64,000 bases of DNA from Octopus vulgaris (lineage: Eukaryota). Below are positions 13,752 to 27,419 of the stretch, in pieces. Position 1 is the stretch's first letter; each line of letters opens with the position of its first letter. The notes beneath the pieces were generated by a model. The model was given only the letters and a program-made list of their open reading frames with translations. It did no database searches and had not been told where the DNA came from. A program made the position numbers and the translations under genes. The DNA lies in NCBI GenBank assembly GCA_951406725.2, contig OX597818.1:6262001-6326000 (forward strand). The letters are read 5' to 3'.

Positions 13752-15385
13752 CTAGAGTGAGTTGAAAAGTTCATGGAGGGAAGCACTCCGTCGGTTACGA
13801 CGACGAGGGTTCCGGTTGATCCGAATCAACGGAACAGCCTGCTCGTGAAATTAACGTGTAAGTGGCTGAGCATTCCACAGACACGTGTACCCTTAACGTA
13901 GTTCTCGGGGATATTCAGCGTGACAAAGAGAGTGGCAAGGCCGGCCCTTTGAAATACAGGTACAACAGAAACAGGAAGTAAGACTGAGAGAAAGTTGTGA
14001 TGAAAGAGTACAGCAGGGATCACCACCATCCCCTGCCGGAGCCTCGTGGAGCTTTAGGTGTTTTCGCTCAATAAACACTCGCAACGCCCGGTCTGGGAAT
14101 CGAAAGCGCGATCCTATGACCGCGAGTCCGCTGCCCTAACCACTGGGCCATTGCACCTCCACATGAAAAGTTCATAGGCTAACTATGAAGGAGTGATGCC
14201 AGAGTTGTATAAACCTGCATGCATTATTTACCTCACTTCTTCAAAATAACTGCATTGTATATTTTACAGGTAAATTGACATTTCACTGTTCATAGAAGAT
14301 TTCAAAGCGAACTAGTCACCACATGTCTTGAATATAGTCAAAGTTCAGTATCGTGATATTATCGCGTATCTGTAGAAAAAGTGATTAATCCCCAAGGAAT
14401 TCATGCTGACATGGTTGTTACATTAGATAATGACGCTCTAGCTTTATCAACAGTGCGAAAGTGGGCAGTAAAATTTAGGAAGGGAACGGATAGTCTTGAA
14501 GATGACCCAAAATCTGGGACTCAGGAAACTGCCTCCACCGAGGAAAATATTGATCGTCTTCGACACATAGTAGTAGATGACATGCGAGTGACGGTAAATT
14601 ACGTAGCTAGTCTATTAGTAGATCCCGTGAGATTGTTGAGAATATCCTGAATAATGAACTTGGCAACTCAAATGCCACTCCTCGGTGGGGTCAACGTCTT
14701 CTAACACGTTATCAAAAGTACACCAGGCTGATCACACCATAGGAAAATCTGAAATTGTTTTCAGTTGCTTTCCTTGATCATTTCTTAACCCACAATGAGT
14801 GTTGGATTCATCACTTTGAGTCAGAGACAATCCATGAAATAGAAACACCGCTCCCCACCTACTCCACAGAAGACCAAGTTTATTTCATCTGCAAGGAAGG
14901 TGAGGTCCACAGATTTTTTCGGATGCAGAAGCATAATATTTATGGATAATGTTTAAAAATGACAACACTATCAATGGAGAGTACTATGCCAACTTACTGA
15001 GGAACATACGAAAGGCTGTCAAGACCAAACGCTTAGGAAAACTTAGAAAAGCGATCTTGATTCATCACGACAATGCTCCAGCACACAAGTACTTCGTTTC
15101 AATTGTTGCTGTGCGTGAATAATTTTGAACAGATTGAGCGCCCTCACTATTGTCCTCATTTCTCTTCATCTGACTATCTCGTGGCGAGATATCAGCAGTG
15201 CTGTGATGATGATGTCATATCTGCTACTCTTTACATTTTTACTAAAAGGATCAAAGCTTCTCCACCAATCGTATCCAAACAGTGAAATATTCAAGAAATC
15301 TCTCCAAGCAGTGCAACTCCGATAAAAGAATTGCGTGGGCTGCAAGGGCTGGGGGTCGAGTTTATGTTGAAAAATATACCTCGAG
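13752..15385 (+). mobile_element. Degenerate mariner (irritans/Himar-like) transposon, left end interrupted by a SINE
   Basis: STVRKWAVKFRKG..SLEDDPKSG, THNECWIHHFESE, HHDNAPAH and HYCPHFSSSDY motifs; multiple disruptions. Confidence 0.85.
13775..14163 (-). mobile_element. Full-length tRNA-derived SINE (family C) with 12-bp TSD
   Basis: Head GGAGGTGCAATGGCCCAGTGGTTAGGGCAGCGGACTCGCG...TTCGATTCCC. TGAAAAGTTCAT is repeated at 13763-13774 and 14164-14175. Confidence 0.92.
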
Positions 15386-15969
15386 GCAATGAACTCAGCC
15401 GATCCACGTAAACCTACAGTGACGTTTGAAATCGACTTCCAAATTGAATATTGCTTGTATTACTGTTATGTTCTTTTCTACGGTTTCCCTTGCATATGTT
15501 TGTATTTGTTGATTTTAATTTTCCCCACCAGTAATAATTCTTCCCTTTTCCAGCCGCTTTCATAAAGTCACTGTTGTGTAGAGAGACGCTACATGTCAAG
15601 CAACATACTGGCTAAATATGTTTTATGCATTGCAATAACATTAATTTACAAATATATTTTACAAATCTAGTAATACATTTAATGTTTCACTTCATATGGT
15701 TTGTAAATGGCTTTGTGAGTTTTGGTGATATTTTCAAGCCAGTGATAAGCAAGTAATATCATCTGTACACAACAATGAAAGGTTATTACAACAAGTGCGA
15801 AGAATATAAAATTGCTTTTTACGAAATATTACATGTTAAAAATATCCCGAAAGCCAAGTAGTAGTACGTGGATAGTTCTTCGACGATATCTCTGAAATAG
15901 AATGTTTTTCTTATACATATAACTCTATTTCTTTCGGCAACCATAAAATGGCCTTGCTGATATTTCAAA

Positions 15970-16050
<81 letters not shown>

Positions 16051-17049
16051 GTGTGCGTGTGTGTGTGTGTGCGTTTGTGTGTGCCTATGTATACATATAT
16101 ATATATATATATGCATATATAAATGTATGTTTATATGTGTTATATGTGTGCGTGTGTTCAGTAACTTTGGGTGAAATCAAAGAAGCTTTAAACAATTTTA
16201 GGGTGACTCTACCTTTGACATACTAATTATAAATTTTGCTGCAATATATATATATTTTTTTTCGTTTAGCTCGCATATTTCTCCTTTAATATATTTGGAA
16301 ATAATATTGAAGTATAAAAATTTCCCAGATTATAAGAATAAAAATAAAATATAATAGAATTACACTAAAGTAAGAAAATTTAAGAGACCAGAATATGAAA
16401 TTGAATTTTGAAAATATAACAATAAATTCAACTTTATCTCATCCTATAAGTTTTAAAACAGTAGTGAGGGGAAATAAACATGTGAATTGGAGAATAAAAA
16501 TAGCAACAAAACTTGTAGATATATTTCTTAAAGTTTACAGTTAATTTTGTTTCAGCTTAATGGAATATGAAAATTCCATTTCATGGCTTGTGGATATCTT
16601 GAAATGAAAGACTATCAAAACAAATAAAAGTACAAATCTTAAAAACACAAACAAAGTAATATTAAACATAGTTTTTCTTTGAGTAAAGTTATGGAGAATT
16701 GAAGTTTTAATTGGATAGCAATGATAACAACTCTAATAAGAGCAGCTAAACATTTTACGAACAAAATTATCAAATAACAATAACACCTTCAACATCAGTG
16801 TAGATATACGAACACTATGTAAAATAAAGTAAAATAGAAGATGATATAATAATTTCTTAGTTGCAGGCAAACAGATCACTGCAACTACCCAAAGATGTTA
16901 CTGGTAAATAGATTATCTTCTTGTGATGTAAGAGATACAATTTTAGATTGAGGGAATTTATATTATATGGCAGCTTCAAAAATACGTTGTTTATTTTATT
17001 TACTACGTCTTGACTTATCATTCTGAAACAAAACACAGTGAGTGTACAT

Positions 17050-18312
17050 ATATATATTTGTTGCTATTTCAAATTTAAAATTTTCGTTGTTGAAGTTTAC
17101 AAAACTGAAGTCTAAAATTTCATAATTGATTGTTGACATGTGCTATCTCATTATTTGTTAATAACATTTATTTTTTTTTTTCAGATAAAGTTAACATATC
17201 AAAATGGCATCTACCGTATGTGTTTTGTGGTTTCATGAAACTAAGTCGGCAATTACAGTTCAACGAAATTTTAGAAAAGTATACGACCGAAATCCCCCAT
17301 ATGTTAAAAACCCCCAAAACTGGTATAACAAATTCAAAGTCATTAGTAGCGTTGGTGATATGAAAAGAACTGGCAGGCAAAGGAAGAGATTTTGAGTGCT
17401 TAGGAACGTAACTGCACGAAATCAACTCGTAGAGTTTCAAGACTACTAGGAGTACCACACCCAACCCTTTTCAATATTTTGCACAAACGCATGAAACTGC
17501 GTGCATTCAAAGTGCAAATCGTTCAATCTTACCAAGCGTGCTGCTTTTGGTGAAGAAATAATTCTTAACAGAATCGATACGAACAAGGTCTGTCTTCAAC
17601 GTGTTTTCTTTTCCTACGAGACAACTTTTCACATATCAGTAAAGTTAACAAACACAAGGTAAAGATATAGGGATTGGATAACCCACACGTTGTTGTAGAG
17701 TACAAAAGAAACAGCTGTAAAGTTAACATTTAGTACTGGCTAATGCATGACAGGGTCATTGGACCTTTCTTTTTTCCTGAGTCCTCCATTTCAGCAAACG
17801 TTTACCTGGACATGGTGGAACATTATACTATACCTGAGATGGAGGAAATTCAACTATCTATAAATTTCCAAGAAGATGGGGATCCTCCACAGTGTTGTAT
17901 ATGTGTTCGTCAGTTTTTGAATAAAACCTTTCCAAACAGGTGGATTGGGAGAGTTGGACCAACACGATGGCCTCAACATTCACCAGACATTACCCCACTA
18001 AATTCCTTTTTTGGCGTGTGGGGGGATATTTCAAGGACAAAATGTAACTAAACCAGTTCACGATCTTCAGTCTCTAAAGGCCAGGATTACTGAAGCAATC
18101 TCATCAGTAACAAAGGATATGCTTCAGAACACATGACTTGAAACTGATTGTCGATTAGATGTTCTCTGAGCCACAAAAAAGGCCTATGTTGAAGATTACT
18201 GAATATCATTTTATGTGAATAAAAACCTCTAGGCAGATGCTATAAGTATACCAAAAACTGCTTTTGTTCCATAATCGTTTGTAATCTGTTAAAGACTTTG
18301 TAATCACCCTCT
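17050..18312 (+). mobile_element. Tc1/mariner DD41D (rosa-like) transposon remnant
   Basis: CVLWFHETKSAITVQRNFRKVY, IGPFFF, FQEDGDPPQ and WIGRVGPTRWPQHSPDITPL motifs; right end ...TTTGTAATCACCCTCTA. Left boundary approximate. Confidence 0.82.
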
Positions 18313-19351
18313 ATTTATGTATACACATACACACACATATATATGTAAGTATATATATATGTATATATGTATATATCTATGTATATATATGCATATATAT
18401 ATATATACGTATATATGTATATACATACATATATGTATGTATGTGTTTATGCATCATGTATGTATGCGTGTACGTCTTTTATCTTGTAAGTTTGGTATGT
18501 ATCGCAACGAGATAAGAATGTAGACTTCTGTAAGCATTTACAGTTATATGTATTGATTCAGAGTATGGCCGTTATGTATGATTTTTACTCTAAAGTGAGA
18601 AATGGGTAATTCATCCTATATGAAATGAGATAACAGACAGTATTAAATAATGAATTATTCTTCCGGCTAAATTTCCAACAATATATAGCCGTCAGTTCTA
18701 GGAATTTATATATCACATTAGTTTGTGATATAGGTGATACACTACAAGGAGCAATATGTTATTTCAATTGCTCAATATTCATGTATTTCTGAAATTCTTC
18801 AATGTTGCATAAATGATAGAACTAAAAAGAAATATTACATACGTGATTCTAAATTACTATATTTACTTTACTCGTTAGAAACTAAATTCTGATAGGCGTC
18901 ATTGCATTTGTATACATTTGTTCTGTTCATTATCCTTTGTATGCACTATCAGAAATGAAGAACAACATAAGAGGGCGCTAGTATACGTCATATAGTAAAA
19001 CGAACAATTCTACTTAATTAAATTTACCTTTAATACTTATCATTAAATAATTCATTCTGATAAAAAAGACAGCTTATTTCTTGAATTACCTGTTTTTTCA
19101 AATACGCTAATATGTCGGTTCGGGAACAACTATTCCGGGTATATGAGGCGTGGCGCAAGGTACTATTTACTGAAGACCTAGAATTCAAAATGTTTGCAGA
19201 AAACATTCGTATATTTTCAAGTTCAACAGTTAAAACAATCCGAAACTTAATAATGAAAATTACTCACAGCGGGCATGAGGCTTTCTATAAATGAGTATAT
19301 TTATATGTAATAACGTTGTCACAATATGTTGGATATTATATAATATTACGA

Positions 19352-19556
19352 TATGGCAGAATCGTTAACATGTCTGACAAAATACTTTATGGCATTTGGT
19401 CAGTCTTTCTTTGAGTTCTGAGTTCGAATTCAGCCGAGATCCTCTTTGCCCTTCATCATTTCGAGATGAATGAGATAAATACTTGTAAAGCTCTCGAGAT
19501 GATATCTTCGACTAGACCACCTCCTTCAAAATGGCAGGCCTTGCACCTAGAGTTAA
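19352..19556 (+). mobile_element. Degenerate SINE with Nin/Deu-like core
   Basis: GAGTTCGAATTCAGCCGAG..TTTGCCCTTCATCATTTCG matches the better-preserved GTCGACTTTGCCTTTCATACTTTCGGGGTCGATAAATTAAGTAC at 55303-55450. Confidence 0.65.
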
Positions 19557-21456
19557 AAGTATAGTACGGCTATTTTAGTTTTCAATGAATGCTCTTCATA
19601 CAATTTTCCAATAAATGTAGTATTATGTTTAACCTGGGTCTGATATCCATTCTGTGTTCCAAAATAAAATCTACGAACATGTCCAAGCTATTTAATCTTT
19701 CTTAGCATGATTTGAAATTTTGATTATTTAAAATGCTTGATACAAAACGCCCGATTATGAATGTGTGCAGGAAAACTAAAATATATTAAATAAGACTAAA
19801 TACTCAGAACGAAATTAAATAGAACATTTATATTTAACTTCATGTTTTTCAACATTTAAAATAGAATGAAAAGATGCAGAACATTAAGAATGAAAGAAAT
19901 GGAATCAATAGCATCTATATATTCCAGGTTTAAAATGTGCAAAATATAAACCAAGAAGAGGGTTGTGAAATAGAATAATAGACAGGTATTGCAATGAAGA
20001 CATAAATATACTTTATTCGAATGAAAAAATACACGCTTAGCAATAGCAGTTAGAGAAAATATTTTTTTTAATTGGATTTGGATAATTGCAATTCAACAAG
20101 AAAACATTGGCAGCATTTAAAATAAGAAAACAAAAGAAAACAAATTTATGGAAACTGTCTTCTTACAAAGAGAGAATTTGTAAGAAGACATGTTATTTTG
20201 CCCACCCGTAAAGAGGGCAATATTTGAAGGAGGAGCTTGGAAATAAAATCTCTATTGACTATAAAATAGATACTAACTACCAGATCGGTGATAAATAGAC
20301 GGAAATACGACAACATTATTTTCAACTATTAGAAATAACTGTTTTGAAATAAAACAACGAATCTATGCATAGGAAAAGCTAACATATAGAGAGTGAGAGA
20401 GACAGATTATAGACATAAAATCTAAAATAACTTGAATAAATATATAGAAATTACTGATGTGTATGACGGATTCTGGTAAGTACGGAACGCACAAGAATGA
20501 TACATGGAATGCAGTTTTGAAAATAAAGGCTAAATGAAGAACCAGTGAGATCGATATAAAATAGATTCAATAAACATATTCACATTAAAGACTTACTTTT
20601 GTAAGTAAATCGAAAATTTGTGATAAATAAATGATTTAAGTATTGATAACATGCGATAAAATAAGAATACTTGATATTAAGTGAATGAAAGTAATGCCTT
20701 TACCTTTAGGGACGCGGAAGAATAACATGATATACATATTTGAATCTAGCATTGTCAAATGTTTTGTGCAGACAAGCAATAATATCAAAATATAGAAGAC
20801 TGACAGATGAACAAAAGAAAATTGCCTTGTCAGTAGAATTCTGAGACATAAAACAAATCAGAAAAATCTGATACATTTAAAATGGTACTATCAAATAAAC
20901 AGAAAACAAAACCTGAATGGTTACATTGTCGCTTTTTTAATTACACTAAGGGTATTAGTAGAAAATATCGAATAGAGATCTCAGATATGCTGTATCTGTA
21001 CAAACGAATGTGAAATATAGTCATTTTGTGAAAACTAGATAAAATATTTAACATCCAGTTAAGATACAACATTCGACAGGAGGAAGTAAGATAATGTTGG
21101 TGAAAAGAAAGAAAAAAACGTTTATGCAATACTTAAAATTGAATAAGATTTATCTGAAAGGATGGAGGAGAGAACGGCACATCAAAGGTTTCCTACTGTT
21201 AGAGATGAGTAAACATTTTAATATCACAGACATTCAACAAATACCTATATTCTTATATTCTTCGATCGGCTCGATAACGATGTAAATGCAAAATAAACAA
21301 AACAAAAGCCAAATCTGTGTTTGATGTTTCAATCTTATTTTTGATAATACTAAGATGATGTATGAATACAAGAGTGACGAAATTGGAATTGAAATGAAAA
21401 TAGAAGTTTATTTTCTACTTATTCAAGAAGTCATGCACAAAGGCAAACACTTACAT

Positions 21457-21510
<54 letters not shown>

Positions 21511-22267
21511 ATTTACCTTCACGCATACATGTATACACATATTTACTTTTCATTGCTTCACTGGAATTATATGAAGGAATGATATTTGTGTCATTCGCAT
21601 TGAATTTAAGAATACAAACTTTTAACCTGATATTCTGAACGGGTTCAAGTTAATTTCACTGAAACTTTATTAATACAATACTCCATTCTCACTGATATCT
21701 AATTATCTATTACGTTACATGGTCAAAGCATAAATAAAATTGAAATCACTTTGCAATTTATTATTTTATTTCCGTGTAATGGAGATTTAATTTACTGTTC
21801 ACCTCCCAAATTTCAAATATCTTTAAAATTAATTTTCTTTCTTTATCACCATCCATCAATGTAATCACAGTATTAATAATTTTCCATTTTCCCTTCATAT
21901 TCATGTCTCAGAGTGTACAAAAGAACATGACTATATACATCAGTGTGTAGATCGTCAAGCATTTCTTCTAAAAGGCATTGCGCTACTCTTGTGGAGATTA
22001 ATTTACTGTCATTGTTGTTTGTTCCAAAACAAACATGAAACTAAGCAGACAATACTCAAGACACGTACACATATTTGGAGTAGATAACGAGTAGTCCCGG
22101 ATTATAACATGCAGATTCACTTATAATATAGGTAAGCTGTCAACTTGAGGGATTATCAGAAGTTCTTAAGCCTGTTGAGCATGAACACTGGGATTAATTG
22201 TTTGAAATGTATAAATGGGAGATACGTTTATACAATACAGTTTAATGTATAATACAAACACACATAC

Positions 22268-22329
<62 letters not shown>

Positions 22330-22585
22330 TAATTAAGGGTAGAAATTGATATTAGTCAATTAAAACCAGTGGACTAGCATATTAAAAAGAATCCGAAGAT
22401 TTAAATATTTATATATACCAATTAAAGACCGAACACGAAAAGTGGACAGTCAACATGCTAGATATAGACGTCAAATCGCCATTCTCCACAAAAGATACAT
22501 TCGAACTTAATCGGTTGTACTTTATGCATGCGGCACTCCGGTATCGTTTTTTACATCTAGTCCAGCAAATTATGTTCATAACAGA

Positions 22586-22648
22586 CTATGCTGACGAAGT
22601 TACAGATATCCTTGCGGATATTAATAACTGAAACTGATCGGTACATAG
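22586..22648 (+). ncRNA. Type I hammerhead ribozyme (canonical core)
   Basis: Stem I CTATG/CATAG; core CTGACGA; stem II AGTTA..ATATCC-TTGC-GGATAT..TAACT; GAAA; near-palindromic helix III ACTGATCGGT; cleavage triplet GUA (after 22643). Confidence 0.88.
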
Positions 22649-23092
22649 GTGATTATTTCATTTCGTATATTTTCATTTGTCTTATTTACTGCTTTGGTTT
22701 GTGCTGAATTTTATTTTGTGAACATAATCTTTGTGGAGAATGGCGATTTGACGTCTATATCTAGCATGTTGACTGTCCACTTTTCGTGTTCAGTCCTTCA
22801 TTGGTATATATAAATATTTTAATCTTCGGATTCTTTTTAATATGCTAGTCCACTGGTTTTAATTGACTAATATCAATTTCTACCCTTAATTAATTTTAAT
22901 ATAAAATATATGTTCTTAAACTGATAAATTGACTGCTGCTAATTATTAGCTGCTGGCTGGTTTTTCGAGTCTCAGCGCGCCAAAGTAAAGGCATTTGAAA
23001 GATACATTCGAACTTAATCGGTTGTACTTTATGCATGCGGCACTCCGGTATCGTTTTTTGCATCTAGTCCAGCAAATTATGTTCATAACAGA

Positions 23093-23155
23093 CTATGCTG
23101 ACGAAGTTACAGATATCCTTGCGGATATTAATAACTGAAACTGATCGGTACATAG
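23093..23155 (+). ncRNA. Type I hammerhead ribozyme (second, identical copy)
   Basis: Same sequence as 22586-22648, 507 nt downstream. Confidence 0.88.
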
Positions 23156-23639
23156 GTGATTATTTCATTTCGTATATTTTCATTTGTCTTATTTATTGCT
23201 TTGGTTTGTGCTGAATTTTATTTTGAGAACATAATCTTTGTGGAGAATGGCGATTTGACGTCTATATCTAGCATGTTGACTGTCCACTTTTCGTGTTCAG
23301 TCCTTAATTGGTATATATATATATGTATGTATGTATGTGTGTATGTATGTTTATATGACGAGAGAGAGAGAGGAGGGGGTAGGCATGGATTACACATATG
23401 CAAACAAACAGACACAAAGAATATCAAAGTTTGTCTGAAATCAACAGAAAGAAATCCGTGTATCCACCAACGCTATTAGTTTTCCCCCGAGGCTATCGTG
23501 AGGTGAGATTGAGTTACACATCATCTCATTTATTTGATTTTCTGCTTGACCTACTTCGAGACCATACTAATCACAATGCAAGGATGGCTACGTGCGAGCA
23601 TATTTGCGACAGCTCATGATAGAAAAGAAACTCGCTTGG

Positions 23640-24110
23640 GTAAACGAACATTTATGAAAACTATTTCCACCAGAATTATCAAGTAAACCTGCCCCCCCCC
23701 CCCAACTCAGCTCCCAAATATGTTTTGATCTTTCAGTAAAGTTTTACTGAAACCACACAAAGTTATGCATTCCAGTTTTGTAAAAGATAAATTTGTTGCC
23801 AAAATAATCTCTTATCTAAAAGTTAGAAACGCCAATAATGCTTAGGAATTGATTTTCAACAGGTAAATAAACTTGTACTAAGAGACAAGTACCAGCTAAC
23901 AGAATACCAGGCTCTGCCGCTTCTAATCTACTATCCCATACAAGCTAAGCTTCACTTGCAGACTTTTCAGTAGCTCCCACATATATATAAAACAATATAA
24001 AATCCAAAAGTCCAACAGAGTTTAATATGAGTCCATCCAGATATAGAGTTTATAAGCAATGTAAGATTCCCTTAAAGTTGGTCATTCCCAGTTGGGAATT
24101 TATATAGAGT
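23640..24110 (-). mobile_element. Highly degenerate PLE endonuclease remnant
   Basis: Minus-strand YIYVGATEK motif near 23960-23990; the rest is heavily decayed. Confidence 0.35.
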
Positions 24111-24699
24111 GTGGCAGATTCAAGGTGTGTATTTAAACTGACCTAGAAATAGGGAGTATATTAGTATGGTTAAATTGAAAATAGGAAGAGAGGAATGACA
24201 AAAAAGGGAGAGAGTGAGAGAAAGGAGGAGAGAAAGAAAGAATGAAAGAGAAAGAAGAAAGAAGATTAGTAAAAATAACAAAGAATAAAGAATAAAACCC
24301 CTGAAGGTATGAATAAAGGGAATAAGGAAAATAAAAATAAAAAATAAAAATTGAGACATAGGTTGGTCAGTGGTCAGTGGAGATAATTTAAAAGTAGAAG
24401 TGGGGATTGAGAGAGAAAGGTGTTATAGTACCAATGTGTAGTAGTAGCTTCTAATTGTGAGGCAATATGAAGAATTAAGGAAATATCAGTGTTAATTATT
24501 CTGAGAAACTATTTATGTGAAGATGTATATACATGTATATATCAGATAAGTTACAAAGATAAGTTAAAAATACAATCTTCACGTATCATCGTTCCTACAT
24601 ATTCAGTTATCTATATCCTGCATGTGTACATATGTCTACATATACCCACATGCATAACCTCACTCGTACATAAATAAGCGCGCGTATGTATATATGTAA

Positions 24700-25195
24700 A
24701 CGAATATAATCAGATGGTTGCATATGTGAGAAACTAGATAAGGGTTATGAGTTAGAGTATAAATTTATGGGTTAATGGGATTACCTAAGAATTATTGCGG
24801 AAATGTACTGTATGATCATTTTGGCATTTGGATTCGTGATAGAATTTAAATGTGCATGGTTGCATGTGCTTAATGCCTCGTTATGTTTATTAAGCAGTGT
24901 TGGAGAGCTGTGCTTTAATATTTGGAGTGCCACCTTCAGGCAAAGTTTGCAGATTGAGCGTTGACCTCGGTAGGGAAATCCTGAGTCTATTATGGACCAT
25001 GATAGAGTATATGGTGTATTTGCCTTTTTTAGATGATGTATGTGGTTGGCGAGTGCTGTAGATTTACTATGTTTATCGTATCTAAGTGGTACATATTTAC
25101 AGATTTACTATGTTTATCGTATCTAAGTGGTACATCGTTGCTTAAATTTTTTTGTTGATCCTATGTATATGGCTATAGAGTTTTGTAATTGGTTA
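24700..25195 (-). mobile_element. PLE GIY-YIG C-terminal remnant
   Basis: Minus-strand IYIGSTKKFKQR and ALQILKHSSPTLLNKHNEALSTCNH (typical PLE LLNKRxE..CxH tail). Contains a 35-bp local duplication at 25060-25135. Confidence 0.7.
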
Positions 25196-26045
25196 AGGAC
25201 CGTGCATTACCCACGAAAGCCAAAGCCGCATACGCGAGAAACGAGATTGCACGTATAAACAACAATTGCATTAATGTGACCGACAAAGCCGACAACATCA
25301 AGCAGTTACTCAGGGACCTAGCTCAATGGCTACCCACAATCTTTGGCTAAAGAAAGGAGCCTAAAAACAACAAGGTCAATAAACCCCGGAAGAAACATCA
25401 TACTCCCAAGTCCAGCACGTGCTTCCTAAAGCTACCACACTTTGACGACAGAACTACCGCAGTGATACAACACGCAGACCGCACGGAAGGACTCGACATA
25501 CAGATAGCGTACACCGGCCCTTCCCTGAGAAAAGCTCTGTCAAGGAGCAACACCTCTCACTACGCCGAGGAGTGCACATTATCAAACTGCCCCATCAGTG
25601 ACCCTGATTTGTGCCAGTAGAACTATGTTGTATACGAGATAATCTGTAGCAAATATGGCGCAACCTTCATAGGAAGCGCGTCAAGAAAGCTGCGTGTACG
25701 CATGCAGGCTCACAAGTCCGTGAAGGAACATCTACGGAATTGTCAGACCCGGGAATTCACAGTTTACATCAAAGCAACACAGCAGAACAGGGGCAGTATT
25801 AGAATGTCTGAGGCCATCTTCAGACACCAAAAGAACCCAAAGATCAACAACAGAAGAGAGTTACAGGAAACTAGCTTTCCGCGCATGTTCACTCCACACA
25901 CATGTACATCGGCAACAGTCATTTTCTTGAAAAAGGAGTCGTTAACCCCAAAATATTGAATACAAGTACGTCTACATTAACTCATATATTTGTTTTCTTG
26001 TGATTTACTTTGCATTTAATTCGCATTGTTTTGGCCTTATCCACG
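25196..26045 (+). mobile_element. PLE 3' portion: thumb/linker, GIY-YIG endonuclease and pseudo-LTR
   Basis: NGYP, LKLPHFDD, CTLSNCPI..DLCQ*NYVVYEIICS..ATFIGSASRKLRVR and SEAIFRHQKNPKINNRREL. The tail (25921-26040) is homologous to 50780-50895 in inverted orientation. Confidence 0.85.
25924..25960 (+). ncRNA. Decayed minimal hammerhead, U3-A8 core variant
   Basis: TTC TTGAAAA A GGAG-TCGTTAA-CCCC AAAA TATT GAA. G12>A relative to the intact family member at 50858-50893. Confidence 0.55.
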
Positions 26046-26324
26046 ATCCTTTATACAATATATTCTACACAATGCTTGTGTGTATGTGAGTGTGTGTGTG
26101 TGTTTTGTGTGTGTGTGTGTGTGTGTGTGTGCGTGCAAACCAAATTCCGACATAGACCTATTTTCATTTTTATTTTTGTATTTTACAAATTTGCAATATT
26201 AAATATTATAAAAGCACAAGCAATATCATGGTTTATAGAAGTTGCAGAATAAGAAACACAATTTTTGAAATTTTATGAAGAATATCTTTTCTTATTTCTT
26301 CTATAGTACAGGTAATATAAGTAA

Positions 26325-26710
26325 CTAGCAGTATCGCCCGGCGTTGCTCAGATTTGTAAGGGAAATAACTATAAAGCATTTTTAGAGAGTTATAGCCAAA
26401 AAAATAGCAAAAAAATGGAAAAAAAATGATGGTAAATTTTTTTTGAGAGTTAAAACAGGTGGAGTTGCGTCCCCTAGACGGTCTGTGGTTTGTGTTTCTC
26501 ATTCTCGACCCCATGTCGAATTTATCGATTTTTTTCAGAACTGGGGGAACTTTTCAAAATTTTCGCTGCGTTAGTTTTGAATTATGACATTGGGCTATGT
26601 GTGTGTCAAGTTTCATCAGAATCGGTTGAAAGCCGTGGTCAGAGTGAGGGTACGAGAAAACAGACACACAGAAACACACACAGACAAACTGCCGTTTATA
26701 TAGAGAGAGA
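26325..26710 (-). mobile_element. Non-autonomous Helitron (Lep1/DINE-like)
   Basis: Minus strand begins TC(TCTCT)ATATAAACGGCAGTTTGTCTG, has a TGTCTG microsatellite and AACCGATTCTGATGAAACTTG, and ends in GC-rich GCAACGCCGGG...CTAG. Inserted between A and T with no TSD. Confidence 0.8.
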
Positions 26711-27419
26711 TATTGTAATAAGTAATAAGTAATATTGTAAAATTCTATGACTACACAAATAAATGTGAAAACTGGCCGCCTATGCTGCAAGTTAATTTTG
26801 TTTGTACACAGTTTAACGACCTCTATTATGATGTGTGCGCGTGCGTTGCTTAAGTGGATGTATGTGTACATACACACACGTATAGATACACAGATACGTA
26901 TGTGTGTGTGTGTGTGTACCCCATACTAAAAACAAACACACAGAATGCTTTTATTTCATTCTTTTGAGCAATTTCTCAACTACTTAACCCTTTAAGTAAT
27001 TAATTGTTTGATTAATCACTCTGTTAATGAATTAGCTATGTGTGGCCATTCACTCGCTGTTCGTTGATATGCCATCTCAACTCCAAGGCAGCTTCAGATA
27101 TGTCAGATTGTCTCTTAAGTTATGTAATGTATTGCATGTGAAAATGTACGCGAGAGAAGGATGGTGACAGAAATTTTGGATGTGTGCATTCACGTAAGTA
27201 TTCGCTCTGGTGCGTGTGTACGTGTTTTTCTGCGCTCTGGCGTATGCTTTCAAGTTTTGCCGTTTGGCTGTATGGTGTAGCGGGGTGTCTTTAAGTAAGC
27301 GTATTAGAAAGAATTTAGCTTTTGGAAATCAGCTATATATCACATAGTTAAGATAAATATATATTATAGTAGATTTACTTAAGATAAAGAATAACCTTTT
27401 GAAGTAAGGAAAGATGCGG

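Larger units (their letters stand above)
22327..23312 (+). mobile_element. ORF-less retrozyme/mini-PLE-like element in (TA)n: 167-bp inverted arm plus 507-bp-period tandem units
   Basis: 22327-22492 is the reverse complement of ~22729-22895; 22491-22812 is repeated at 22998-23312; each unit carries an HHR. Confidence 0.85.

Noticed and set aside
14090-14160. tRNA gene candidates at SINE heads (also 11770-11841 and 49480-49545)
   Set aside because: Imperfect cloverleafs run directly into SINE bodies; these are tRNA-derived heads, not tRNA genes.
19700-21300. Purine-rich stretch resembling an ancient LINE
   Set aside because: No diagnostic motif could be recovered by eye.
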